Notes under the pieces: generated by a model | What the model saw: only the letters and a program-made list of their open reading frames with translations | Told to the model about the DNA's origin: nothing | Databases searched by the model: none | Part shown: positions 41,156 through 50,846 of the stretch, piece by piece | Position numbering within the stretch: the stretch's first letter is position 1 | How the letters are laid out: every line of letters starts with the position of its first letter | Position numbers and translations under genes: made by a program | Origin: a bacterium | GTDB lineage: Bacteria > UBA10199 > 2-02-FULL-44-16 > JAAZCA01 | DNA: 64,000 bases | Direction of reading: 5' to 3' | Assembly (NCBI GenBank): GCA_021810905.1 | Contig: JAJZQH010000003.1 | Coordinates: 1,897 to 65,896 of the forward strand

Positions 41156-41908
41156 CTATCCATAGCGTCCGGATATATAGTCTTCAGTGCGTTCGTCGCG
41201 CGGCGCGGTGAAGAGCTGCGTGGTCTTTCCGAATTCTATGAGTTCGCCGAGCAGCATAAAACCGCAGTCCTCGGAGACGCGCGCGGCCTGCTGCATGTTG
41301 TGCGTAACGATGACGATCGTGTATTCGCTCCTGAGGTCCTGCATCAGCTCTTCGATGTGCGCGGTGGCTATAGGGTCGAGCGCCGAGCACGGCTCGTCCA
41401 TGAGCAGGATCTCGGGCTTTGTGGCGAGCGCCCTCGCGATGCAGAGGCGCTGCTGCTGCTCGCCCGAGAGGGAGAGCGCGCCCGTCTTGAGCTTGTCCTT
41501 GAGATCCTCCCACAGCCCCACTCCCGTGAGGCATTTCTCGACTGTCTCCTCCACCTGCGACCTGTTGCCGATACCGTGGATTCTCATCCCGTAAGCGATG
41601 TTCTCGAAAATGTTCAGCGGAAACGGATTCGGGCGCTGGAAGACCATGCCTACGGTCCTGCGCAACTTGAGGATATCCTCATCGAGCAGCGGGCGACCCA
41701 GCACGCTCACGTCTCCCGTGATGCGCACGCCGGGGATGAGGTCGTTCATGCGGTTGAATACGCGAAGCAAAGTGGACTTGCCGCAACCCGAAGGTCCGAT
41801 GATCGAGGTGATGCGTTTGGGCGCAATGGAGACGGACACGGACTTCAGCGCATGGAAGTCGCCATAGAACAAGTTCAGGTCTGTGCAGGTTATGGAATCC
41901 ATCCTCAT
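41156..41908 (-). CDS. pstB: Phosphate ABC transporter ATP-binding protein PstB (copy 1)
   Basis: Walker [10 protein letters not shown], signature LSGEQQQR. PstB-like. Confidence 0.9.
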   Translation of the reverse strand: MRMDSITCTDLNLFYGDFHALKSVSVSIAPKRITSIIGPSGCGKSTLLRVFNRMNDLIPGVRITGDVSVLGRPLLDEDILKLRRTVGMVFQRPNPFPLNIFENIAYGMRIHGIGNRSQVEETVEKCLTGVGLWEDLKDKLKTGALSLSGEQQQRLCIARALATKPEILLMDEPCSALDPIATAHIEELMQDLRSEYTIVIVTHNMQQAARVSEDCGFMLLGELIEFGKTTQLFTAPRDERTEDYISGRYG

Positions 41909-42669
41909 CCAAACTTTCCAGTTACGTAATCCTCGGTGCGTTTGTCGCCCGGGGCGGTGAAGATCTTATTTGTATCGTCTACCTCTATCAGTTTTCCCAT
42001 GAGCAGAAAGGCCGTGCGGTCGCCCACTCGCGCTGCCTGCTTCGTGTTATTCGTGACGAGGATCAGCGTGTGCCTCGCCTTGAGTTCCTTCATCGCCTCT
42101 TCCACCTTTGCGGTGGAGATCGGGTCGAGGCCAGAGCACGGCTCGTCGAACATTATCACTTCGGGGCCCACCGCGAGCGTGCGCGCGATGCAGAGCCTCT
42201 GCTGCTGCCCGCCGGAGAGCTTCACCGCCGAACTGTCGAGCCTGTCCTTGACCTCGTCCCAGAGATAGGAGGCTACGAGCGTCTGCTCCACGAGATCGTC
42301 GGATGCCGATTTTCGAAGCCTGCGCACGAGTCTGGGTCCGAAGAGGATATTGTCGCGTATGCTCATGGGAAGCGGTATCGGCATCGCATAGACCATTCCG
42401 ATGCGCCGCCGCAACTCCTGGACGTCCCTGATTGCAGCCACGTCCTGCCCGCCCAGAAGAACGCTCCCTTCCACCGTGGCGTTGGTGACGCGCTCTATCA
42501 TACGGTTGATCGCCATGAGCAGCGTCGACTTGCCTGAGTTGGCCGGACCGATAATAGAGAGGATTTCGTTCTCCGCGATGTTGAGGGTCACCCCTTGCAA
42601 GGCAACTGCATCGCCGAATCTCACGCTGAGATCCAAAATTTCTATCTTGTTCTTCATGCGCGCCGTCAT
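41905..42669 (-). CDS. pstB: Phosphate ABC transporter ATP-binding protein PstB (copy 2, tandem paralog)
   Basis: Walker [10 protein letters not shown], signature LSGGQQQR. Overlaps copy 1 by 4 nt. Confidence 0.85.
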   Translation of the reverse strand: MTARMKNKIEILDLSVRFGDAVALQGVTLNIAENEILSIIGPANSGKSTLLMAINRMIERVTNATVEGSVLLGGQDVAAIRDVQELRRRIGMVYAMPIPLPMSIRDNILFGPRLVRRLRKSASDDLVEQTLVASYLWDEVKDRLDSSAVKLSGGQQQRLCIARTLAVGPEVIMFDEPCSGLDPISTAKVEEAMKELKARHTLILVTNNTKQAARVGDRTAFLLMGKLIEVDDTNKIFTAPGDKRTEDYVTGKFG

Positions 42670-43508
42670 GCCGCCCTCCGGCCGCGCATCAAGCGATGCA
42701 TCATCGTGTACGCCGTTATGTTGATGACGAGTATCGTGCAGATAAGGACGGCGGCCGTTGCGTACGCGTTGTCGTTCGATATCCCCTCACGCGCCAGGAT
42801 GTAAAAATGCACGGACATCGTGCGCGCGGAATCGAAGAGCGAGCGCGGCATCTGCACGGCGGAGCCCGCGGTGAATATGACGACTGCGGTCTCTTCTATC
42901 GAGCGGCCGATACCGAGGATTACGCCGGTGAGTACGCCTGGCAGCGCGTACGGAAGCACGGCGCGCGTCACTACCTGCCAGCGCGTAGCGCCGAGCGATG
43001 CGGCCACGTCGCGATAGTTGCGAGGCACCGCGCGCATTGCCTCTTCCGCCGTGCGGATGATGGTGGGCAGCACCATCGCGGCGAGCGAGAGGCCGCCGGA
43101 GATTATCGACCACCCGAAACCCAGCATAACCACGAATAGGATGAAGCCGAAGAGTCCGAATATTATCGATGGAACGCCCGCAAGGCAATTGATGCCGAAG
43201 CGGATCGTCTGCGTGACCTTGCCCTCCTGCGTGTATTCAGCGAGATAGATCGCTGAGGCGATGCCGAGCGGAGCCGCGATACCTATCGCCACGAACACCA
43301 TGAGGATCGTGCCCACGATGGCGGGCAGGATGCCGCCCGCGCGGCCCATATCCAGAATCGGCTCTGTGAGGAATGCCCACGTCACGTGCTTGAGGCCGCC
43401 TACCAGCACGAAGCCTATAACGAAGACGAGCGCCGCAACTGCCGACGCGCACGCGAGCGTGAGTGAAATCTTCGCGATCTTCTGCGTTATGGACGGCGGA
43501 ATGCGCAT
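42666..43508 (-). CDS. pstA: Phosphate ABC transporter permease PstA
   Basis: Permease with the EAA-like loop. Adjacent to pstC. Confidence 0.85.
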   Translation of the reverse strand: MRIPPSITQKIAKISLTLACASAVAALVFVIGFVLVGGLKHVTWAFLTEPILDMGRAGGILPAIVGTILMVFVAIGIAAPLGIASAIYLAEYTQEGKVTQTIRFGINCLAGVPSIIFGLFGFILFVVMLGFGWSIISGGLSLAAMVLPTIIRTAEEAMRAVPRNYRDVAASLGATRWQVVTRAVLPYALPGVLTGVILGIGRSIEETAVVIFTAGSAVQMPRSLFDSARTMSVHFYILAREGISNDNAYATAAVLICTILVINITAYTMMHRLMRGRRAA

Positions 43509-44390
43509 CTAGAATCGCCTCCTCGCCACGCGCAGCGCCACGGTGTTGAGCGCCATGATGAAGAAGAAGAGGACTATGCCCGTCGCGAAGAGCGCCTCGC
43601 GGTGATCGCCCACCGCGTAACCCATCTCGATGGCGATGTTGGCGGTGAGCGTTCGCACGGAATCGAGTATGGAATGCGGAATCTGCGTGGCGTTGCCGGA
43701 GATCATGATCACGGCCATGGTCTCGCCGACCGCGCGCCCCATGCCGAGGATCACGCCCGCGAGAATGCCGGAACGTGCTGCCGGAAGAATCACTCGCCAC
43801 GCGGTCTGCCACTCCGTCGCCCCGAGCGCGAGCGAGCCTTCCTTGTAGCTCCTGGGCACCGCATGGATCGCGTCGATCGATACGCCCACTATCGTGGGCA
43901 GGATCATGATGGCCAGCACGCAGGAAGCCGCGAGTATCGAAAGCCCCGGCCCACCCAGATGTACTCTAATGATAGGGGCCAGCCACATGACTCCGAGAAA
44001 TCCGTAAACCACCGAAGGGATGCCGGCGAGAAGCTCGATGGCGGGCTTGAGCACTGCGGCGAGCCTGGCCGGAGCAAACTCCGCGAGAAAGACCGCGCAT
44101 GCGACACCAAGCGGCACGCCGAGTATCAACGCCCCTGCGGTAACCCACAGCGATCCTATTATAAAAGGAAGTATGCCGAACTGCCCTTCGAGCGGAGACC
44201 ATATCCTGCCAAAGAGAAAATGGCCGAGCCCGCTCCTGATAATGATCGGCACGCCCTCCTTGAATATAAAGAGGGCAATGAGCGCCAGGATCGCAATCGA
44301 GGAGCACGCGGCGATAAAGAGCAGCTTTGAAATAAATCGATCCATAAGAAAGCTTGTGAGGCAAGCGACGGGATGGAGTATTCTCGGCAC
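43509..44390 (-). CDS. pstC: Phosphate ABC transporter permease PstC
   Basis: Permease domain. Operon position between pstS and pstA. Confidence 0.85.
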   Translation of the reverse strand: MPRILHPVACLTSFLMDRFISKLLFIAACSSIAILALIALFIFKEGVPIIIRSGLGHFLFGRIWSPLEGQFGILPFIIGSLWVTAGALILGVPLGVACAVFLAEFAPARLAAVLKPAIELLAGIPSVVYGFLGVMWLAPIIRVHLGGPGLSILAASCVLAIMILPTIVGVSIDAIHAVPRSYKEGSLALGATEWQTAWRVILPAARSGILAGVILGMGRAVGETMAVIMISGNATQIPHSILDSVRTLTANIAIEMGYAVGDHREALFATGIVLFFFIMALNTVALRVARRRF

Positions 44391-44510
44391 GCCTTCGTCG
44401 CCTCAGACGCCGGCTCCTCGTCTGCCCTCCGGACGCCGCGTTATTAGAGGCTTAGAAAGCGGCGTCCTCCGAGCGCCGAGAAAACTCCATCCCGTCGCTC
44501 GCCTCCAGAG

Positions 44511-45329
44511 TTATTTTGCTGCTATGAGTCCTTCCTTTTCGAGCGTCTTCTGCGCCTCGTCCGAGAGCATGTAATCGAGGAACGCCTTTGTCTGCGGAGA
44601 CGGTTCGCCCTTGGTGAGCAGGAAGATCGGCCGTGCGAGCGGGTACGATCCATTCTTCACGTTGGTGTCGTTTGCCGGAACTCCGTTATAGGTGAGCGCC
44701 TTGACCTTGTCGTTCACCAACCCGATGGAGACATAGCCGATCGCTGTCGGATCGGAGGCAACTGCCTGACGAACGGTGCCCGTTGAGTTTTGGAAGAGCG
44801 CTGAAGGCGCGAGCTTCGCGCCGACCAGCACCAGCTTGTCAAATGAGCGCCGCGTGCCGCTCCCCTCCTCGCGCGAGATCACGTGGATCGGCGAATCGCT
44901 GCCGCCCAGATCCTTCCAGTTTGCAACTTTGCCGGAGAATACGTCTCGCGCCTGATCGATGGTGAGCGCCTTGATGGAATTCACCGGGTTCACGACGATT
45001 GCTATGCCATCGCGGGCAACGACCGTTGATTTGAGCGCCGCTGCCTCAGGCGGGAGTTCGAGCAGATCCGCCATGCCGATCTGCGCCGCGCCCGAAAGCG
45101 CCGACTGTATGCCCACTGCGGAGCCGCCGCCTTGCACGTTGATCTGCACGTCCTTGTGCGTCTCGCCGTAGCGCTCCGCGAGCTTCTCGGCGAACGGCTG
45201 GAACGCGGTCGAACCGGCCAGGGTAATCGAATTTGCTGATGCGCGCGAGCATCCATTGCTTGCCAACGCGGCGAAGACGAAACCGCAACTCACAAATACA
45301 GCCAGGGCCTTCATTGATATCCTGTTCAT
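44511..45329 (-). CDS. pstS: Phosphate-binding protein PstS
   Basis: Signal peptide plus ITLAGSTAFQP...GGGSAVGI. A GGAGG RBS precedes the ATG at 45329. Confidence 0.85.
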   Translation of the reverse strand: MNRISMKALAVFVSCGFVFAALASNGCSRASANSITLAGSTAFQPFAEKLAERYGETHKDVQINVQGGGSAVGIQSALSGAAQIGMADLLELPPEAAALKSTVVARDGIAIVVNPVNSIKALTIDQARDVFSGKVANWKDLGGSDSPIHVISREEGSGTRRSFDKLVLVGAKLAPSALFQNSTGTVRQAVASDPTAIGYVSIGLVNDKVKALTYNGVPANDTNVKNGSYPLARPIFLLTKGEPSPQTKAFLDYMLSDEAQKTLEKEGLIAAK

Positions 45330-45395
45330 GTGATGCCTCCGTTTTGTTATCAAGCAATTGAGTAATGAACCAACATGAGTCACATGTTCGAAATT

Positions 45396-45413
45396 TGTTA
45401 AAAAAATGTTAAG
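45396..45413. promoter_or_regulatory. Candidate Pho box (direct repeat TGTTAA-N5-TGTTAA, 11-bp phase) upstream of pstS
   Basis: TGTTAAaaaaaTGTTAAg lies 67-85 nt upstream of the pstS start. It resembles the Pho-box TGTnA direct-repeat architecture. Confidence 0.35.
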
Positions 45414-45442
45414 GCGGCTTTATCGTCATAAAGCAAGGCATT

Positions 45443-46591
45443 TCATAGATATAACTGCAGCTGGACCCTCGCACGGTGGTCGATCTCTCCCTGAATGAAC
45501 CCCGGCGCTCCACCGGTCGTGACGATATTGGCTGGCCCGTTCACTCCGGCAGTTCCTCCAGCGCCTTTAACGAGTGCTCCGTTGATGAGGGCGCTGTAAT
45601 CCGCCTGAATTTTCAGATTGTGGCCGAAGAAGTAATAGTTGAAACATGCACCGGCTTCATAACCTTTAGTCACGCCTCCGGTGGGAACAACCCCCGCGAA
45701 TCTCCCCGCGACCTCAAAACGCTTTGGAATCAGAAAATAGCCGGCCTCGCCAAGGAAGCCGAACGTGTTTGTCTTTGCAGTGTGGTTCCTCAGGTAGTTG
45801 CCCTCACCATATAGGGAGAATCCCCGATACTGCAGGATGACATCGCTGGTCGTTGCTATTGTCGTGGCCTCGGGAACGGTTCCGCCGAGACGATTGTAGT
45901 TGCCGGCAATACCCACTGCCAGTTTAGGCGTCTCGGAAAAATCCAGATCGCTTATCGTGTAACCGGGCTCACCCAGGATGTTGAAGACAAGTCGGCCGCC
46001 CACAAGAAACATGAGATTGCGATTTGCAGCGTTAATATTGTTTCCGTCGTTAACCGCGAACACCGAATATTCCAGCCACCTGTCAACCGGCTTTCCGTGC
46101 ATCTCAATTCCCAGACCGCGGCCGAACGAGAAGGCCTCGTTGTTTACCGAGCGATCCACGAACTGCAGCTTCGTACTAGAAGTCAGCTCTTCCCTGTTAT
46201 AGGGCGCCTTAAACTGCCCGGCTTTCACTTGAATCCCATGACCGAAGTCATAATTGATGTATGCATCGCGCAGGTTCGGCCCGGTGTAAGCGACTCCAGG
46301 CGAAGCATTGGTCGTTCTGCCGCCCACCGCTTCAAACTGAACTTTGTAAGTAAGCTCTTTTGTGAAGGCATGCCCTGAAAAGATGAGCCGGCCGCGCCTG
46401 ATCTGAAACGAATTCGTCTTGCCGTGTCCTTCGATTGATACGAATTGATACTGCGGTTGCAGTTGGATTCCGAATTTCAATTCAAACTTTCCGTCGTCGG
46501 ATTCGAGCGTCAAGGGCTTATCGGCCCATGCCGCACGCCCTCCGCCGATGATGAACAGCACACCGATCAGCATTATGATAATCTTCCGCAT
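45443..46591 (-). CDS. Phosphate-selective porin (OprO/OprP family)
   Basis: Signal peptide and a beta-barrel ending in a C-terminal aromatic residue. Porin O/P-like N-terminus (FELKFGIQLQPQYQF) and Pho-locus context. Confidence 0.75.
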   Translation of the reverse strand: MRKIIIMLIGVLFIIGGGRAAWADKPLTLESDDGKFELKFGIQLQPQYQFVSIEGHGKTNSFQIRRGRLIFSGHAFTKELTYKVQFEAVGGRTTNASPGVAYTGPNLRDAYINYDFGHGIQVKAGQFKAPYNREELTSSTKLQFVDRSVNNEAFSFGRGLGIEMHGKPVDRWLEYSVFAVNDGNNINAANRNLMFLVGGRLVFNILGEPGYTISDLDFSETPKLAVGIAGNYNRLGGTVPEATTIATTSDVILQYRGFSLYGEGNYLRNHTAKTNTFGFLGEAGYFLIPKRFEVAGRFAGVVPTGGVTKGYEAGACFNYYFFGHNLKIQADYSALINGALVKGAGGTAGVNGPANIVTTGGAPGFIQGEIDHRARVQLQLYL

Positions 46592-46751
46592 CTAACGCTC
46601 CTTTCCTCACATTGAAAGTGCTCGTGATTGACGACGAGGATGACCTGCAGGACTGCGCCACGACCTGGACAATATAGATCAAATCGTTACGAACGCCTTG
46701 TTCGGAAATCGTTAGAAAATTGTTAATGCGTGAACTTGTAGCTCATCAAGA

Positions 46752-46901
46752 CAATGAATGCTCCCCGCGGCAAGCCGCGGGGTATCACCGGCAACATCTC
46801 CGATCACCCTCACCCCTGCCTACCGGCAGGCAGGCTTCCCTCTCCCCTCAAGGGAGAGTGGCGGAACCCCCGCAACAAGCTGCGGGGAATCATCTCATTG
46901 A
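46752..46901 (+). mobile_element. MITE/REP-like palindromic element, copy B (with 22-bp internal insertion CTGCCTACCGGCAGGCAGGCTT)
   Basis: Same termini and hairpins as the other three copies. Sits between the phoA stop and the porin promoter. Confidence 0.7.
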
Positions 46902-48059
46902 CTATCTTTCAAAGAGTGCGGTTGAAATGAGGCGATGTATATCGGTATTTTCGATCGTCCCTGACTTGAAGTGGTCCTTCATGCCAATCGCGAAGAGAGG
47001 GACGTCGACTGCGGTGTGCGCGGCCTCAAGTGAAGCGGGATCGTTCGGATCGAGGACGCGCGGATACGCAGAGTGCGGACCCGTCGCCCACGTGATGATC
47101 GGGTAAAGCCTTCCGTCTGCATCCTCGCCGGCATTTGCGAGGACGCTGCTGCCTGCCTTCGCATAGCCGTTTATCGCAAGTCCGCCGGTTTCGTGATCCG
47201 CCGTCACCAGTATCAGCGCCTTCTCCGGATCCGTCATCGAGGCACCGGCGCGGACAGCGGCGTCGAACTCGATGGTTTCTTCAAACGCGTCGTGCGCCCG
47301 GTTATCATGTTCTGCCTGGTCGATTCGACCGCCCTCGACCATGAGGAAAAATCCTTTTGGATTTTTTGAGAGCCGTTCGATGGCGATCTTCGTCATCTCG
47401 GGGAGCGAGGGCCCTGAATATCCGGACTGCTTTCTCTCGAGCACAAATGGGATATGGCTGTCCGCGAAGCAGCCGACAACCTTTTGATCGATCGGCGCCA
47501 TCTTTATATCCCGCAGATTGTATGCCAGCGTGAAGCCCTTCCTGGTCACTTCATCCTTTGAGAAATATTTACAGCCACCTCCCATTGTCACATCGATCTC
47601 CGAGTCCAGCAGCTGGCCCGCGATTTTTTGCTCCTCGTTGCGATCAGCAACGTGTGCATAAAAACCCGCCGGCGTTGCATGGGTGATGCGAGTAGTGGTG
47701 ACGAGACCCACGGAGAGCCCCATTTTTTTTGCCTCTTCGGCTATCGTTACGAGCCTGTGATTCAGATCGCACCTGGGTCCCAGACCTAGACAACCGTTAT
47801 CGGCCTTGCTTCCGGTAGCCATAGCTGTAATTGCAGCCGCTGAGTCGGTCACCATCTTGTTGTGAGATCCTGTGCGCACGTGAGCGATGAGCGGGAGCTC
47901 ATCAATGAAGAGACCGCCGCGCCGCTCATTCTTATAAAGCCGAGTTGCAGTGATATCCGCGACGCCCATCCCGTCTCCGATGAAGAGGATGACATCTCTC
48001 GCATGAGCGGTTTGCGAGATGAGGCATGCTGCCAGCGCTATTGCAATTTTGAATTTCAT
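46902..48059 (-). CDS. phoA: Alkaline phosphatase (PhoA family)
   Basis: Signal peptide plus DGMG...TDSAAAITAMATG and HETGG-type blocks of the alkaline phosphatase family. Confidence 0.8.
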   Translation of the reverse strand: MKFKIAIALAACLISQTAHARDVILFIGDGMGVADITATRLYKNERRGGLFIDELPLIAHVRTGSHNKMVTDSAAAITAMATGSKADNGCLGLGPRCDLNHRLVTIAEEAKKMGLSVGLVTTTRITHATPAGFYAHVADRNEEQKIAGQLLDSEIDVTMGGGCKYFSKDEVTRKGFTLAYNLRDIKMAPIDQKVVGCFADSHIPFVLERKQSGYSGPSLPEMTKIAIERLSKNPKGFFLMVEGGRIDQAEHDNRAHDAFEETIEFDAAVRAGASMTDPEKALILVTADHETGGLAINGYAKAGSSVLANAGEDADGRLYPIITWATGPHSAYPRVLDPNDPASLEAAHTAVDVPLFAIGMKDHFKSGTIENTDIHRLISTALFER

Positions 48060-48103
48060 GGTTGTCTCCTTATCCAGTTATTATGAAATAAATATTTTGA
48101 ACG

Positions 48104-48120
48104 TGTAAAAAATTTGTAAG
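48104..48120. promoter_or_regulatory. Candidate Pho box (TGTAAA-N5-TGTAAG) upstream of phoA
   Basis: TGTAAAaaattTGTAAG lies 45-61 nt upstream of the phoA start, with the same phase and orientation as the pstS site. Confidence 0.35.
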
Positions 48121-48161
48121 CGTTAACTCATTGTCGCTGCCCGATCTGGCTCAATGCCGAT

Positions 48162-50009
48162 TCATTTGGCCGCGCTCAACCCGCGCTCCATATCGGGCAG
48201 CATTTTCTTCATCCTGTTCGCCATGAAAAAGGCCTTAAAGAACATCCCCCAGCTGACCAATGAATTCGCAAACAGATTCCACTGCCTCACGATTCTCTCC
48301 GCAACGTTCAAGCCCTCCGTCTCCATCTCTTCGGCGGCCCTGGTATTCTTGGCTATGGCATGCCCGATCTTGATGCTCTCCCACAACTTGCCCATGAATC
48401 CCCTGGAGTCCTTTGACTCAGCCCTTTTTTTACGGGTCGATCTGATCGCCTGCCAAATTTGTCCCATGTTGCGGCCTGCCAGGAATCTCCTTATCGCAGG
48501 GCCTTCTTTCACCATATACTGCAGGAAGAGCAATCCGCCGTACGTTGAAGTGAACAACAGCGCGTGGGGTTCTGTGGCTGGATAGACTGAAACTGCAGTG
48601 CCGATGAGAGATGCGGCTGCGCCTATGCCCAGCGCGTTGACTATATGTTCGGTCGAAAGCTGTCTTGTCCTCTCCGCCACGGTCATTCTGTGCGTTTTTC
48701 CATTCTTCACTTCTACGGTCCCGTTCGGATCGAGACCGCGCAGCCCCCAGTGCTCTTTTAAGTTTCTGATCGTCTTGCCGGCAATCACTCCAAAGCCAAT
48801 GCTCGGAGGGAGCAATGCGAGGAGAAGACCGCCTATGACCAGCGTCTTTGGGACAACAAACGCGTAGTTGGCCCACCGATAAAGCGCCTCTGCGTTCGTG
48901 GATAAGGCGGCAGCGTTGTGTGCCGTCGGCTGAAGTTTTTCCATGGCATCGCTTACATAGGCAGAGTTCTCACGCAGAAAGGAGAAGCGTTCGGGCGCAA
49001 ACAGTGCGGCCCCGAGTATGGCGCTCGAGGCGATGGCCACGGCAAACTTCGGCACACGGGCAATCGCGTTGCCGAGCGAAAAGAGCGCGGCGTTGACGTC
49101 AGGGGTGTTGATCTGTCTGTCCTCTCCCTTTTCCACGGCTGACACGTATTTCTGTTGCTCTGCCTCGAGCATGGATAACCCGCTCTTCGCCTTTGCCCAC
49201 CATCCCAGGATCGACAGCGCAAATGCCCCATTTACCGCAATCGTTCCCGCAATATAACCCGCTTCCCACATGGTTGTGCCCCTGCCGAACAATTGCGCTG
49301 CGCCTATAGCCAGAAGCGTCGCACCTGAACAGACCTTGTCGGCCGTAAACGCCACGTTTCCGAGCAGGTCATAATAGTTTCGGAGATGGAGCTTCGTCCG
49401 CTCATCTTCGCTCAACCTTGTATCTCTGGCGAATGCAGCGGTCGCTGCAATATTGCCTCCGATAGCAAGCAGGTATCGTGCAAGCTTGCCTCCCATATAA
49501 ACATTCGAGTATCCGGCTGATTCGATGTCGATCTGAACCCTCTCAGAAGGGCTGAGGGCATGCCCCATGTGATCGCCGACGAGAAAACGCATCGGGATCG
49601 ACATGACATTTCCGGTATCCTGAGTATGGAGCGGTTCATCCGTGTAGGTGCCGGCCGCAACAAGCGCGCCGCTTATTGCCTCAGCCCTTGCATAATCGCC
49701 GACTGCCGCGGCGGCGCTGGGGACTCCCTGCGTCGACAATCTCCACAATGCCTTTCCGTCGATTCCGCCGTCATGCTGAGATCCTTCCGCAACTGTGGAT
49801 ACAGGGCCAGAGACACCCGACGGAGCAAAGGTTGATGACTGATTTGAAATCGCAGCAGCATCTACTGAGGAAGCGGCCGCAGGGGAAAGGCGGTCATCAA
49901 CGATATCGTCCGCAGTCAGCTCTTCCGTTTCATCAAAAAGAGGCTCCGCAGAAATTGCCGAGCCAAACTGCTCTGCTGAAGCCGTAAGGGAAGCCTGCAC
50001 GCTTACCAT
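48162..50009 (-). CDS. Large integral membrane protein of unknown function (615 aa) within Pho locus
   Basis: Multiple predicted TM segments in the C-terminal two-thirds. Divergent from phoB. Confidence 0.55.
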   Translation of the reverse strand: MVSVQASLTASAEQFGSAISAEPLFDETEELTADDIVDDRLSPAAASSVDAAAISNQSSTFAPSGVSGPVSTVAEGSQHDGGIDGKALWRLSTQGVPSAAAAVGDYARAEAISGALVAAGTYTDEPLHTQDTGNVMSIPMRFLVGDHMGHALSPSERVQIDIESAGYSNVYMGGKLARYLLAIGGNIAATAAFARDTRLSEDERTKLHLRNYYDLLGNVAFTADKVCSGATLLAIGAAQLFGRGTTMWEAGYIAGTIAVNGAFALSILGWWAKAKSGLSMLEAEQQKYVSAVEKGEDRQINTPDVNAALFSLGNAIARVPKFAVAIASSAILGAALFAPERFSFLRENSAYVSDAMEKLQPTAHNAAALSTNAEALYRWANYAFVVPKTLVIGGLLLALLPPSIGFGVIAGKTIRNLKEHWGLRGLDPNGTVEVKNGKTHRMTVAERTRQLSTEHIVNALGIGAAASLIGTAVSVYPATEPHALLFTSTYGGLLFLQYMVKEGPAIRRFLAGRNMGQIWQAIRSTRKKRAESKDSRGFMGKLWESIKIGHAIAKNTRAAEEMETEGLNVAERIVRQWNLFANSLVSWGMFFKAFFMANRMKKMLPDMERGLSAAK

Positions 50010-50153
50010 CGCTGCGTCCTTTCGAAAAACAAGTTGCGCTCGTGACCATGCTTTCTGTAATAATGCTCATGACCTCTCTCACCTGGCGCATTAAGCGCAG
50101 ACGTGCTTTAGGAAGTGATTCGCAATCTGTTAATTATTGGTTAGGAGCGCCGC

Positions 50154-50843
50154 ATGGCTAAACTGAAAGTGCTCGTGGTCGACGACGAGGAAGACCTGCA
50201 GGAACTGCTGCGCTACAATCTCGAAAAAGAGGGCTATTCCGTATCGTGCGTCTCATCGGGTGAAGAGGCTCTCGCCTCTGTCAGAAAAAGCGTGCCGGAC
50301 ATCATCGTTCTGGACCTCATGCTTCCGGGCATGGACGGCTTCGACGTCTGCAGGGCGCTGAAGAAAGAGCAGAAGAGTGCGCGCATTCCTATAGTGATGC
50401 TCACTGCAAAAGGTGAGGACACGGACATCGTAGCCGGGCTCGAACTGGGCGCTGACGACTACGTGACCAAGCCCTTCAGTCCCAGGGTTCTGATAGCGCG
50501 GCTGAGAATGGTGCTGCGCCGCAAGCGCAAGGACGATGCGCCGTCTGCTGCAGAAACGATTGAGATACGAAATCTGACGATAGACCCGCAGCGGCACAGG
50601 GTCTCCATCAAGGGCAGGTCCGTCGAGCTCACCGCGACTGAGTTCGCCCTGCTGCATCACCTGGCCGGCAAACCCGGCTGGGTCTTCACGCGCGGCCAGC
50701 TCATCGATTCGATCAAGGGGAGCGACTACGCCGTGACCGAACGCTCGATAGACGTACAGATCGCCGGCCTCAGAAAAAAACTCGGCGCGGCCGGAGAAAA
50801 TATCGAGACGGTGCACGGCGTCGGCTACAGGTTCAAGGAGTGA
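50154..50843 (+). CDS. phoB: OmpR/PhoB-family response regulator
   Basis: Receiver domain (DLMLPGMDGF) plus a winged-helix domain. The specific identity as phoB is inferred from Pho-locus context. Confidence 0.8.
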   Translation: MAKLKVLVVDDEEDLQELLRYNLEKEGYSVSCVSSGEEALASVRKSVPDIIVLDLMLPGMDGFDVCRALKKEQKSARIPIVMLTAKGEDTDIVAGLELGADDYVTKPFSPRVLIARLRMVLRRKRKDDAPSAAETIEIRNLTIDPQRHRVSIKGRSVELTATEFALLHHLAGKPGWVFTRGQLIDSIKGSDYAVTERSIDVQIAGLRKKLGAAGENIETVHGVGYRFKE

Positions 50844-50846
50844 GAG

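Noticed and set aside
46720-47106. ORFs spanning repeat copies (46720..47106 +, 55776..56039 +, 22986..23261 -) with shared peptides such as NAPRGKPRGITGNIDDHPHPSLSPQGR
   Set aside because: The similarity between them comes from the MITE/REP-like element translated in different frames, not from a protein family.
50128-50144. TGTTAAttattGGTTAG as a third Pho box upstream of phoB
   Set aside because: The second half-site overlaps the AGGAG ribosome-binding site about 8 nt before the ATG, so it is more simply explained as the RBS.
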